Below are positions 45,493-58,831 of a DNA stretch of 64,000 nucleotides, piece after piece. Each line of letters starts with the position of its first letter. Within the stretch, counting starts at the first letter, position 1. Below the pieces are notes generated by a model. The model saw nothing but the letters and a program-made list of their open reading frames with translations. It was not told where the DNA came from and did not search any database. Source of the DNA: Vitrella brassicaformis CCMP3155 (Eukaryota; Protista; Chromerida); contig CDMY01000334.1 of the NCBI GenBank assembly GCA_001179505.1, positions 51,835 through 115,834 on the forward strand. Direction: 5' to 3'. The translations under genes were made by a program, and so were the position numbers.

Positions 45493-48400
45493 ATGAGGCG
45501 TTTGCCTTTAGTGTGTGTCATCGCCTGTGGCCTTGCAGCTGGTTTTGCATCCTGCGACAAGGCGGTCGGTTCAGATCTGGTCATCACGACCGTCGAGCGG
45601 ACCATCGACACCGAGAAGCCCGTGGTCAGCTCAGTGGCCGCCATCACCTTCGCCAACGAGGGCGCCAAGGGCGTGAGCAAGTTCTTCTGGGCAGTCCCCA
45701 AATGGCAGGCCAACTTCACTGGTACTGACTGTACACCCAGACAGACAGACAGACAGACAGACACACAGACGGACAGAGCAGAGAATGCCCGTGTGCAGAG
45801 AGAGGGATATGTGTGTGTGGTGTTGTGTATGTGTCAGGCTGGATACTGGCCGAGGACGAAAGAGGCATGCCGCTGGAGGCGACTGAGTACGAGATGGAGG
45901 GGGCGGAGAGTGAGGAGGTCGTGCACTACAAGGTCATGATGAAGCGCCAGATAGAGCCCAAGAAGACGGCCGCCATACAAGTGACCATGTTCCTCGGCAA
46001 CGCGCTGGTCCCGCTGCCCAGGAAGATCAACATCGATGTGCGCACGCATCAAGACACACCACACCGCAGACACCGCACAGCAGCTGCACACATACACACA
46101 TACATCACACACACAATGTGCCCCCTCCCATGGCATGGCCTTTGTTTTGTGTGTGTGTGCAGGATGAGCATGAAGTGGTGTACTCGGACCTGCTGTATTT
46201 CTTCACCCCCTACAGAGTGAAGGAGCAGTGGCTCAAGATCAAAACCGCCACCAAAGACATAAGGTCGGTCTGCATATGGGCGACTAACTGGATGGCTGGA
46301 TGGCTGGGTGGCTGGGTGGGCATTGTCTGTCTGTCTGTCTGTCCATCGCTGTCCACGTCTGCAGGTCTTACAAGCCCAAGCTCAAGAACAGTTCCTCCGA
46401 CGTGTCGAAGCGGACCGTCTCATACGGCCCCTTCACGAAGGAGACCCCACCATACTACACGGGTCGGTCGGCCCGGTCCCCGGGCCATGTGTTGTTCCCT
46501 CCCATCCCCCCAAAGCCAAAGCATGTCTGTGTGTCGTGTGCAGGTGAGGGCGATAAGCAGTTCGTGTCTGTTCACTGCTCGATGCCCAAGCCGCTGCCCA
46601 TCCTGAGAAGGGTCGTCAGGGACATAGAGGTCGGCCATGGTCTCACTGACACACAACACAACACAACGCAGCGCAGCACAGCACAGCACGCCACACGTGT
46701 GTATGTTGCTCTGCCTGTCGGTTACTTGTTTTGCTTACAGGTGTCTCACTGGGGCAACGTCTTCTTCCACGAGTCCTTCCAGCTTTACAACGGTCGGCAC
46801 ACACTCTCAACACACACACACACACACACATGGATGGATGGATGGATGTGTGTGTCGTTGGTGCAGCCGCTGCTGGCTTGAAGGGCGAGTTCAGCCGGAT
46901 CCCCTTCATGACCCGCAGATATCCGCCACACGCCATCGAGAAACTCAGTGAGTCAAAAGGCCGCGCACACACACGCACACACACACTGTTGGATGGATGT
47001 GTGTGCGTGTGCGTGTGTGTGTGTGTGTGTGTTTCAGCTGCGAGGATACCCTACCCTCTGCAGGGGCTCCACTACTAGTGAGTGCGGGCAGGGCAATAGG
47101 GCAGGGCAGGGCAGAGCTAGACACGCCACGCCCACACGCAGCAGAAGTACTCATCGATTTTGGATCGGTGTATCCGTGTGTGTGTGATGTGACTGTGTCC
47201 GCTTCAGCGACCACATAGGCAACATATCCACCTCCACAGTCGCCATCAGCAAAGTGAGTGAGCCGCTCACGGGCCCCCACCCACTCACTAGTGTGTGTGC
47301 GTCTCGCGTCCTGACTGATGGATGTGTCGGCCTTTAGAATCGCACTTACGTCCGTCTCGACCTGCGGCCGCGGTACCCCATCCTGGGCGGATGGAACGCC
47401 GATTGGTCAGACACACACACACACTGACAGGGAGGGAGGGAGAGAGAGAGAGAACACACGAAGGGTCTCTCTCTCTCTCTCCCTCTCTCTGACTTTGCAG
47501 GCAGCTGCAGTACAACGTGCCCTCGGCGAGTGTGCTGTTTGTCAACAAGACCCGGCCGTCGCAGCACGTCCTCAACATACCCTTCTCGCACCCAATCAAG
47601 GAGGTCCGGTCCTCCCTTGCCCTGCCAGGCAGACACGCACACACACATGGATGTCTGTCTGTCTATCTGTCTGTCTGTGTGTGTGTGTGTGTCTGTCTGT
47701 GTGTGCGTGTGTGGGGTGCGATGCACAAACAGGTCTATGCCGAGGAGGTGATAACGCGGATCGCTTTGCCGGCGGGATCGCACGACATCCAGGTGGGTAG
47801 CTGGGGGGGCGCGGTGTGCGCCATTCCTTCACCGATGTGTGTGTGTGTGTGTGTGTGTGTCAGATCCGGTTCCCTCGTGAAGTGCAGAAGCAGTGGAAGG
47901 AGGTCAAGTGGGGCTGGTTCGACGTCTTCCAGGTTAGTCGGTCAGTCGGTGCGGGTGTGTGTGTGTGCACCGAGGCGCACACACACACAGACCTGTGGTG
48001 GGTGTGGTGGGTTGGTGCGTTGGTGGGCTGCAGGGGCGTCCCGTGTACGCCTTCACGTCTGACCGCTACTACTTCACGCAGACACTCCAGGACAGACTGG
48101 AGGTACATTCCATTCAATTCCATTCCATTCCACACACAGCACACCACACCACACACCACACACCACATGGCGGAGGATGGCAGGCATGGCGTTGTTGTTG
48201 TTAGGTGACATACGAGTACGGCGGTTTTGCGACGTACGAGAAGCCGCTGGTCATCATCCTGTTCTTCTTCATCCCATACGCCCTCTACATCCTCTCCGGG
48301 CGGTTCACCCTGCGCATACTCAAGGCAGGCGATGCGATGCGATGGACCAGAGCAGACCAGCTGACCGACCAGACCACTGCACTGACCCACCACGCCACAC

Positions 48401-48949
48401 CCTCACACAGAGAGGGAGGGATGGATGGATGGATGTGTGTGTGTGTGTTTAGGAGGGTGAGAAGGAGCAGCTTGACCGGATTGAGATGCAGAAGACCATC
48501 ATCAGCCACCTCAGAGACCTTTACGAGGCAGGCAGCCGAGCAACTCAGACACACTTACTCACAGACACACAGATTCATCCTTTGTCCTTTGTGCCTTTGT
48601 TCGTTCAGGATGTGTCACACGTCAATGATGGCCTCCTCACCGCAGCAGCCAGCTACAGAAGTGGGCGACAGACACACACCGCACCGAGAGAGGGAGAGAA
48701 AGGCATTCTGTCATTATCATGTGTGTGTGTGTGTGTGTGGTCATCCAGGCCGTCCGATCAAGCCCCACTGGGAGGCCGCCAAAGCCTCACACGAGAAGAA
48801 CTCCACACGGATCGTCACACACATGAAGGAGGTACGGCGCACAGCACACAGATCCATCCATTATCCCATCGGCTGTGCGAGTGTTGTTGTTGCTGGTCAG
48901 ATGATCGTCAACCTGCCCCAGCCACAGCAAGAGAAGGTCACCCATCACA

Positions 48950-48983
<34 letters not shown>

Positions 48984-49419
48984 CAGACACAGACAGACAG
49001 AGACAGGGAGAGAGATTATGACTCGAGAAACCCGGTGTGCGCACTCTCTCTCTCTCTCTCTGCGTCATCCATGCCATCTATGCATCAGCTGGAGGTCTTT
49101 CTCAAGTCTGTGCAGGAGGAGGTCGTCAAGCTGGCCAACGTCAAGGCCGCCGACGAGGCCGCCTCGCCCACCAGCAAGAAGACCACCAAAGGCAGCGAAA
49201 GCGATACCCTCGTGAGCACACACACACACACAGAGACACACAGAGACACACACAGGCACACACAGGCACACACATATACACACACACACGCACCCACAGA
49301 GACACACACACAACCTCCCACGCTTAAGCTTCTTCTGTGTCTGTCTTCAGGAGCGGAAGATAGTCGATTTGGAGAACCAGTTCTTCAACATCCTGGAGTC
49401 GCTCGAACAGAAGGCGTAA
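45493..49419 (+). CDS. RPN1: Oligosaccharyltransferase subunit ribophorin I (OST1/RPN1)
   Basis: Signal peptide; VERTID; LVPLPRKINID; LYFFTPY; VSYGPF; VSHWGNVFFHE; YYDHIGNISTS; RPRYPILGGW; RIALPAGSHDI; a C-terminal TM (LVIILFFFIPYALYIL) followed by a coiled cytosolic tail. Confidence 0.95.
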
Positions 49420-49949
49420 AGGGGTGGACCAATGAGGGATGGTGTGTGGTCTGTCTGTCTGTCTGTGTGGTGGGCCCGGCACACCCACCCGCACAGAGAC
49501 AGACAGACACCTTACTTACGTGTGTGGGCGTGGACTATTTAACTCACTCTCTGTGTGTGCACTGCATGAGTGTAGCCCACCCGCCCCCCCGCCCACCACA
49601 AGCGCACTTACCCCCAGCTCACTCATTCACTCATCAGAGAGGTTTCGCTGCATGAGCGAGCCAATTCACCCTCGGTGTGTGTCGATCTGTCGATCTACCT
49701 ACCTGTCTATCGCACGTCAGTCTCGATACGACCACACTCTCTTTTCCGTTTCTGTGTGTGCATGTGTGTTGTGTGTCTGTCTTTACACCGGCCCTCCAAC
49801 AAGCGCGGTGGGCCGCCTGATTGCGTGCGTGTGAGGAGAGTGACTGACTTACCAGATATCGGCGATGCGGTCGTGGGGCCTAGCTGGTGTGAGGGTAATT
49901 AAGGGTGCGGCGGCGCAGGACATCACGCAATAAGCACGCCGTGCAGGGT

Positions 49950-49967
49950 GCAGGGTTTGAAAACCCT
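49950..49967. promoter_or_regulatory. Palindromic telo-box upstream of the helical-repeat gene
   Basis: GCAGGGTTTGAAAACCCT, an 18-mer identical to 45415-45432. Confidence 0.6.
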
Positions 49968-50056
49968 TATACCTGGATTCTCTGTGAGATCTGCACACGC
50001 CTTAGCGCCACTGTGTCCCTCGCTCCCTCCCTCAGCGTGAGAAATCGACCGATGCC

Positions 50057-52827
50057 ATGCGTGCATCTGGCGTCGAGCGTCTCCTTTTACCCTCCTCCAC
50101 TACCCACTCCCACCTCCCCCTGCCCCTCCCTCCCATCCCACGCAGGCCACTGGTCGTCCACCACACTGCCAAGCACTTCGCCACGGCAACCAAGAGGACA
50201 GCAGCAGCATCAGCAGCATCAGCATCAGCAGCAGCAGCCAGGGTGCCCGTGAGGAAGATCCCAGGTCCTGCTGCGGCCCACGAGGCTGTGAGTGCGCCGA
50301 GGATGGTGGGGATGGACAGCGCGTCGCTGTCTTTGGCCGTGCAGAGTGCGGTGGTCGATGGCTATGACGACCACCCCTTCTGGCTGGCGGCTGCGAGGCG
50401 GTTCAGAGCCCTCCTGCAGGACCCGGCTCCGCTGCACCTCGACGTATGTGATCGATGTGCGTACGTGTGTGCGCACAATAAATAGGATAATGCGATGCAC
50501 TGCACATTTATCTGTCTGTCTGCATGTGTGTGTGCGTGTGTTGGGTATCAGGATGCGGCAACTCTGCTTGGCTGCTTCGTCCAGGCAGGATGGGCTGAGA
50601 CGCCCGACGTCGACAACCAGCAGCAGCAACACGCCTCAGCGGAGGCCGATCCACTCCCCTCCCCCTCTCCCTCTCCCTCTCCACCTCGTGTGTTGACGGA
50701 CCGCGAGGCGCTCGAGGCTGCTGTAGCGGCTGACGTGCGGCGGCTGTCGCTGGCGGAGCTGTGCGGCGAGAGGATATCGGGCGAAATGGACCGCATGACC
50801 GCCATGCACATCGCCATGGTACGCACCCACACACTGACTGACACACAACACGTTGCATGGATGGATGGATGGGTATCTGTCTGTCAGTTCACGTCAGCCT
50901 TCTCCCTGTCGGGCCACGCCAGCGCGCCCCTCTACGCCGCCCTGGCCACGCGCATGAGGGACAAAATCCGACTGTCGTCGGCCACGCCCGAGAGCATCGC
51001 CATCTTCATTTGTGCGTACGAGCGGCTCACTGCCAAGGGCCTGTGTGGCGTGTCGATGGAGCTGCTCGACGTGTGCCTCAAGATCGTCAAAGACCACGTG
51101 GGGGCCTTCTCGGCCGGCGACCTGAGCAACGTGCTCGCGTGTGTGGGCCGGATGCACCTCAGAGACCACACACTGGTGGGTGGGTGGGGGCTCGTTGGTT
51201 GGGGACCATCCATCCATCCATCCATCGAGTGTGTGTGTGTGTGTGGCAGACCCCAGTGCTGTTTCAGCGCGCCTCGCAGACCTTCCTGGAGCCGAAGGAG
51301 GACGGCACGGGCGCCCAGTTTGTGTGCTCCTTGTCGGCCTCACAGATGGTGGCACTCCTCACCGCTTTCGCCAGGACACAATGCCCAAACGAGGTAGGTA
51401 GGGCGTGTCGGTCAGCTCAGCTGTGTGTGTGGGGGTGTGGGTGTGGCGGGGGGCATGTTCGCCGTGTGTGTGTGTGTGTGTGTGTGTGTGGCGTTAGATG
51501 TTGTTCAAGGCGGCTGCGGAGCTCTTGAAGGACGGGCGGTTCTTGACGCAGCTGACGCCGGGCGACATCACCGATGCCGTCTACGCCTACGCCAAGTTCC
51601 ACCTGCAGCACCCGGTGCTCTTCGACCTCTTGTGTGTCGAGGCTCGCAAGAAGCTCCACCAGTTCACCATGCCGCAAATCAGCCAAGTGAGATGAGCGAC
51701 AGATGGGAAGCGGCCGACGCACAATTCTGACCTGCATCTCTCTCTGTTGTCTGTCTGTGTGATGATGTGCGTGTCGATCGGTCAGCTGCTGATATCTCTG
51801 GCGCGTTCGGGTGCGACCTCTCCGGTGCTGACGGACCGTGTGGCGACGCTCATCAGCCGCACTCTGCACCGAACCGACTCCACCATTGGCGAGGCCTTCA
51901 AGGACACGACAGCCGTCGAGGTGCTCAACCTGGCGATGGCCATGGCGCGGTTCCTGGTCCGCAGCCCACAAACCTTCAAAGTGCTGTCCATCGTCCTGCA
52001 GTCGCCCTCCCCACACACAGCCCACGACAGCTCGGTCATCGAGTGAGTGCGTGAGCCGGCCTAGCGACCCCAGGATGGATGGATGGATGGACGGATGTGC
52101 GTGTGTGTCAGAGATCTGCTGGGATCGGACCACGGGGTGTCGGTGCCAGAAGTGTCGCCATCAGCTGCTGCTGCTACTGATGAGCAGCCACCAGCTGAGG
52201 GCCGGCCGTCTCGCGGCTCGCGCCTCAAGGCTTTGGGTGTGATCGACATTGTCAATGTGTATCACGCCTGGGCAAAGGTGCACCTCAACGACCAGCCACT
52301 CTTCCAGGCAGGCAGGCAAACACGCACACGACACGACCCATACCAGGCCGCACCATCTCAGATGGTGTCTGTGATTGCCTTACAGAAGGCCAGCATCGAG
52401 TTGGGTGCGGCACTGTCGTGCGGCCGCGTGACGCCCGCCCTTGGCATCAAGTACCTGTCGGCGTGCAGCAAGTTGGCCTACCGTGACCACGACCTGCAGA
52501 CGGCCGTCATAGAACTCATCAAGACACACGGAGTCGACAAACTCACCGTCGTCGAGGCGAGTCGAGCCGAGCCGAGCAACCACACAAACCAATCCAATCC
52601 ACACACACACGCAGCCAAATCACATCTGTGTGTGATGCCTGCAGCTGCTCAAGTGTGCGACGGCGGTGGATCGGTTGGGTGTGAGTTTCCCCGAGTTGGA
52701 GGCGCATGTGAGCAAGGTGCTGCCCAACGAGGTGCGGCTGCGGGAGCCGGTCCACTGGCGGGGCTACAGCGCCTTCACCAAAATCAAGAGGGGACCGCTG
52801 CCGAGAAAACGCAAATGGGGCTGGTAG
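50057..52827 (+). CDS. Helical-repeat organellar RNA-binding protein (HPR/OPR-like), probably mitochondrial
   Basis: Presequence-like N-terminus. Repeated units: FSAGDLSNVLACVGRMHLRD, LSASQMVALLTAFART, LTPGDITDAVYAYAKFHLQHPVLF, FTMPQISQLLISLARSG, DIVNVYHAWAKVHLNDQPLF. Ends PRKRKWGW*. Confidence 0.75.
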
Positions 52828-53318
52828 ACAGACAGACAGACAGAGAGGCAGACAGACAGACAGAGCGATGGATGGATGGGCCAAACCTCCGAGGGAGGGG
52901 AGGGGGTACTGTCCGTGAGGGAGGGAGTGTGTCAATGTGCACACAGGGAGGTTGCGTGCGTATGCAAAAAAGATATATATGCGGCTGGGTTAAGTGGGAC
53001 GTGATGTGACGTGACCCTCGTGGTAACAGGTGGGAAGGATGGAACATTCGATGTCCAGTCAACACCACCGTAAGTCCATCCACAGACATCGACCGTGAGA
53101 AGGTGCACAGCGCTATCGCCAGAAAGAAGGATTGAACGACAACAAACAACAAACAACAAAAGTACCATCCAAGTCGGTCTGATAGATACGGCCGTCCGTC
53201 CGTCCCTCCGCAAAGTATCTCAGAGAGGACAGCAGGTACACACACACACACATGCAGCCGCAGACGAGCCGACGATTCATTCAATCCACCCACCCACCCC
53301 CCCAGAGCTATAGCTCTA

Positions 53319-56300
53319 TCATCCGGTGACGGAGACCAGGAAGGACGGTGCGACCCGGTACACCCACACGTTTCCCTCCCTACGGTCGAGGCGCGATGTC
53401 CGCTGTCTCGCACGCCGCCGGGTCGTCAGGATCTCACGGATGTCGTCTATGATCTCACGGTTCAGCGTGTAGAACACCTGCACACACACACACACACACA
53501 CGCCAGAGGGAGAGAGAGAGAGAGAGATCTGGACCGTGGGCGGCGTGGCTCTCTGTCCACTCTATATATAGCTGCCACCTTACATGTCGGATGGCGTGGA
53601 CGTTTTGCTCGACAAAGGTCGTGTCAATCACGTCCACGTCGAGCCACTCGGCCTCCCTCTTGGCAACCTCGCCCCTCCCTCCCCACCCCTCCGTGCCGCT
53701 GCTACGGCCGACTTGGGAGGCCTTGATGATGCTCGGCGGCTTGGTGCCTCGGCCAGACATGACACCGTCGTCGTGTCCTCGATGGGCGACGCGACTGCCA
53801 GATGGTGAGGCGGGCTCGGCGGGGACTATGGGCCTGCGAAGTGAGAAGACCCGGCGGCCCAGGCTGCTCTTGCGGTTGAACATCTCAGCGTAGTAGAGGG
53901 CCTGACAAGACAAGCAGCAACAGGAGGGACACTCAAAGCTTGAATGAAATGAATGAAGCCTTCCCCCCCGCCCCCTCAAAATCAAATAAATCAGGTACTG
54001 ACTTGATCGCGCGTATCGGCATAGATGGTGATCATGTTGCAGAACGTCCGAAGGAGGGTGTGGTCTTGCGAAACGAAGTCGTCCAGCTCGTAGTCGGGGT
54101 TGAGGAAGGTGGCGGTGACCAGCTCAAGGGGCGGGGGGAGGGGCTGAGACATCGACGGCTGAGCGGCCGCCGAGCTGTCGTCGGAGAGGAGGGGTGGGCT
54201 GGTGCCTGACGGCTGCTGCTGCTGCTGCTGGAGACCCCAGGGCTGAAGATCGCAGGGGCGGAACAACCTGAACCGACCCGACACACAAGAGGATCTGTGT
54301 TGCACAGTGAAGTGGCGCTGTCTGTCTGTCTGTCTGTGTGTCTGTCTGTGCTGGTCATTCACCCACCCCTCTTCGGCACAGAGACGTAGTGCGTTGAGAG
54401 CCACGCGAGCACCCATCGAGTGGGCCAACAGGTGGATCTGCTGGACACCTGTGTGTGCCATCAAAAAGTAAAAAAGTTCTTGACAATTGCTGAATGAACG
54501 AGTGGGTGTGCCGCTCTAGTGCAGTGAGTGCGTGCAGCTGACCAGTAGCCTGGAGAGCCACCAAGAACGCCACGAAGTTCTTGCCACACGCAATCGATGA
54601 CCCGTTCTCCATCGCGCTGTAGTACGCAAAGGGCGTGTGGCCTGAAATGAACGCAACAACAGGGAGGAGATACAGACAGACATGCCAGTGGAGTGGAGCC
54701 CAGCTATTGGCTGTCCACCCGTATCCGTGCGTCGTGCACTGCACTTCACTAACCTCCAGGCCAGTGAAAGAGGAAAGGTTTCATGTAGGATGGCAGCGAG
54801 CAAAAGCTGGCGAGCTGCGCGAAGAGCCTCAGTCCCGTTGCCAGGCTGCAGTTGTACCCTGCACACAACACCATACAACACACGCACCGAGCGAGGCACA
54901 GAGGCACAGACAGCACATCATGGGAGGCAGCTGAGCTAGGGGGACCGGACCGTATACCAATCGCCAACGGTCGGTCGCATGCACACCTGGGACGAAGATG
55001 ACGGCTTCGCTCGCCGCCCTGTCATCCCATTTCCTCTGCCAGCCGTCCACCGACAGCTCGACCCGCTCAAACGAGAAATCCGCCTCGTCACGGGGGAAGT
55101 AATGGTACCCATCGTCGGTGTGCCCATCACGGTCGCCAGCCGGCTTGTCGCCCTTGGCTCCCTCCCTCGAGCCCCACCTCCATGTCCATCCTCGCCTGCC
55201 AGATGACGCCTGCCTCGCCTCTTCTTGCTTGCGATCGCGATCTCCCTGAAAGAGGGAAGAGTAAATGGGATGGATCCGGTGCACTGGCCTTCTGCCTGAC
55301 AGGGCAGTGCCCTCCCGCCTACTTGTGAGCCAACGAAGCTCCTTTCTGTTGTGCCGGTCTCTGTCGTGGCGGCCCCGGCATCACCGTCCACAATGCCCGC
55401 CTCGAGATCGCCCCCATCGCGAGCAGCTGCTGGCTGTACGCCGTTGTTCTGGCCGATCCATTCCCATGACACATGCTCGCGAGTGGGGTGCCGGGGGGCA
55501 GCGCGAATTCGCACTTCGGAGGGATGTGCTGGGGCGTGGGCGTGCTCGCGGTGTGAGGCCTGCGCAGAGGGCTCGTACACGTGGCCCGAGACGAACAGAC
55601 CTGAATGCGATGGAAGGAGGCACCACAAAGAATGGATGAAGGGGTGGGCAAGGGGTGGCGATTAATCGATTTGCGCTGGGTGGTCGTGTTTTGTGTTGTG
55701 TCATGTTGTGCTGTGCTGTCTTGTGTTGAATTGCCAACCTACCTCTCTCAGCATCCACACTCACGACAACAGACGAGGTGCCAATCGAACTAGTGAAGCT
55801 GGGTACCTGCAGTCCAGTCAAAGACAAGAAACAACAAAGTCCGCTTTGGCGGCCAGTAACTAAGGCAGACATGGCATGGCTGCACTGTTCTGTGTGTATG
55901 CTCACTCACGTTCATCCTCAGCCCCTCCAGAGACCAGCTTGCCGCATCCACGTCCACCTCCCGACACAGCGACACTCCTTCCCCGCTCCTCCCTCCACCC
56001 ATAGACAAGGGGGCCGGTCCGTAAGGATCTCTCTCCAGCCCGATCTCTCTCACGATCTCCCACCCACTGCTGTCGCGTGGCTGGCCGACCGACGCAGGCG
56101 CAGAGACGGAAGATGCCTCGCCGAGGAGAGCTGGCGGGACATCACTTGCTGTTTGGCGCGCCGTGCGGGCCGTCGGTGGGTGGCCCGGTGTGGACGGCGA
56201 GGGGGTCGCCTGGGGCAGAGATGGAGGGAATGGGTAATCGGTGATTGCGACACGGGGGAAATCTGACGCAGTAGAAGGAGGAAGGAGGGATGCAACTGAT

Positions 56301-58638
56301 GCCCTCGTGCCATGGCGAATTCGTTACCTCTGAAGAAGGCTCCAGAGACGCTGCATTCGACCTCAGCTACGCCCCACAGCAGGCCCTTGACGTCGTGGAG
56401 CCATCCAGCAATCGACGGGTAGCGAGATGGCGGACTGGGGCTGCGACTGTCACCACCGAGATGCGGTGCAAGGCCAGGGCATGGCGAAGGACGACGGCGA
56501 GACTGAGAAGTGCCAGGCAGGGACGCCTTGGCGAAACCCAACGTCTGAAAAATTCTCACATTAACAGGCAAACACGGTGTTCGCTGATTCGGTCTGCCCC
56601 TTTTGTTTGTATCAGTTTGGTTACGTACCATGCAAATGAAGCCGCTGCCCGTGCCGACCTCGCGAGCCTTGAACGGGCTACACGGCCGGCCGTGACTCCA
56701 GTAGCCAACGATTTCCTCCCCATGGTACTCATCTGATGACCAAACAACAAGTAGTTCCGCATTGCTTCTCCGTGTCTCGATGAAGTTCCGACTCTCCGTC
56801 CGCTCACCTTCACGCCAGCGTCCAAACCTGCGACAGGAAGACAGATAGAATTGGCATCCATCGTTGAGGGTAGGTGTGATGGCACTGGAATGTTCGTTCA
56901 TCTCACCCGTGCGGTAGGCCTGCGTCATCCACTTCACCCACGTACCTGATCAACGAGCGGACAAACCAGGCAGGCAGGCAGGCAGGCCTCTCTAAATCTG
57001 CCCGTCTGCCTCAAACGAAGCGTGTCTGCCCATTCCCCCGGCCGCGTCACCTCGCTCTGTGTCCGCCTCGCTTCGATAGCCGTCTGCCAGGAGCCCCCAG
57101 TAGGCAAGAGCAGTACCGACGCATAATGGGTATGCGCTGGAAGACATAGATGCGTGCCGCAGCGCCCAGGTCGGCCTTGCCAAGGGTCGGGGGGTGGGGT
57201 GGAGGTCTGGGTGGGAGCACCGACGCATGGATGATCTCCCACCTTCTCAGACGGCACTGCTTGACACCGCACCATCCGTTGAGCATCACCAACGGCAGCA
57301 CATGGATGCAGAACTGCATCGATTCGATCGAGGAGATGAGGAAGCAAAGGAACAAACAAACACATGAGTCCCATCCCATATGTATTGACCGTGTATTGTA
57401 TGTACACCCACCCACCTGTGAGACGAGAAAGATGAGGACTTGGCCGATAAGGTAAACGAAAAAGAGCACCGGCAGCACACTCATATTGTCACCGGTTGGC
57501 GAGGACGGGTCCCCTCCCTGGCCCAGTGATGTCAGAAGCATCGCCATGTCACGATCCCCGGGGACCCCCGGCTGATTCGCATCCGCGGCAGTGCCGTTCG
57601 ACGGACAGCCCCCGGCTGACTCGGAGTCACACTGAGAGCTGCAGCTGAAGCCTGATGCGCAGACAAACACGAAGGTCCATTGCCTGCTGGTCTTGTTGTT
57701 TCTGTACTTACCTTGCTCACTGCCCTTGTAGATCACAGCGATGAGGAGGGCAATCATCGTCGCGTAACTGAAGTACAAACACCTGACAATTAAGCAAACA
57801 TCCACCAAGGAGGGATGAGATGGGATCATGAGATCGATGGCGTCTTTTCGGTTGGTTGTATGCAAACCATCTAAGGTTGAGCTGAACTTGCGTCCATGCC
57901 ATCCAGAACATGACCGCCAGCAGGAGGGCTACACCCAAGCCGAAGACGGTGTTGCGCCCAATGTCGGGCCCTGAATATGACACACGCAATGCATACAGTC
58001 ACTACATGCAGCACGACGTGGCAAGTGACACACACACTGCTGAGCCTTACCGTACTGGAAGTTGATACCTGCGATCGCATCACACACATCACACAGGAGG
58101 TCACACAGAGTCCGATGAGGCTGACAGTAGGCAAGCCTGGATGATGGTGTGTCTTACTTACTGATGCGGCCTTCCTTGTTGCAGATTTCGATGGAAGCGA
58201 TGCCGAAAAGGATGCACAGCAGGGCGAACACCAGCAGAGTGCGACCACGGGAGTGACGGCGATAGTGACCTGTTCAATGAGTGAATGAGTAGCACAGACA
58301 CACACATACATCAATCCATCCATCGACTTGCTGTCTGAATGGCTTTCGCCATCGGCGTCAACGAATCAAGTCAAGGCCTGCTAACGAACCTCGAAATCTG
58401 ATGAGTACACATCACACACGCATCCACGTGCCTCCCTGCCTGCTCAAGCAATCACCTGCGGATGAACTTGCGATATTCCAGCCATGGCAGAGTGATCTGA
58501 ACGATGCACAGCGCACTCATCCAGAGGGTCCCTCCCTACCATCCCACCCACTCACTCACTCACCTGCTGAAACTTCTCTATAGCGTCTGCGAACTCGGTG
58601 TCGTCAACAGGGAAGCGCACCTCCCTGCCCTCGGCCAT
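53319..58638 (-). CDS. Multi-pass membrane protein with a C-terminal alpha/beta-hydrolase (DUF900-like) domain; 5' exons approximate
   Basis: N-terminal TM segments (YATMIALLIAVIY; VLPVLFFVYLIGQVLIFL). EAVIFVPG; PFLFHWPGG; nucleophile elbow IHLLAHSMGARV; TFLNPD; ITIYADTRDQAL; LDVDVIDTT; H...FYTLNREIIDDI. Confidence 0.75.
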
Positions 58639-58831
58639 CAGTCGTCTTCCTCTGTGAGAGATCTCGAGGGAACCGATATGAGATTCGTGTTTCTGCTGCG
58701 GAGGAAGAAGGGATTCTAACATCACTTTTCCATCCCCTCCTCTCCTCCCCCCTAAGCTCGCAAAAGCGGCCTTCCTCCTGATCTACCAGCTGCAGCTCTG
58801 CACAAGCTTTATTCGGCCGGTCTGCCATGCA

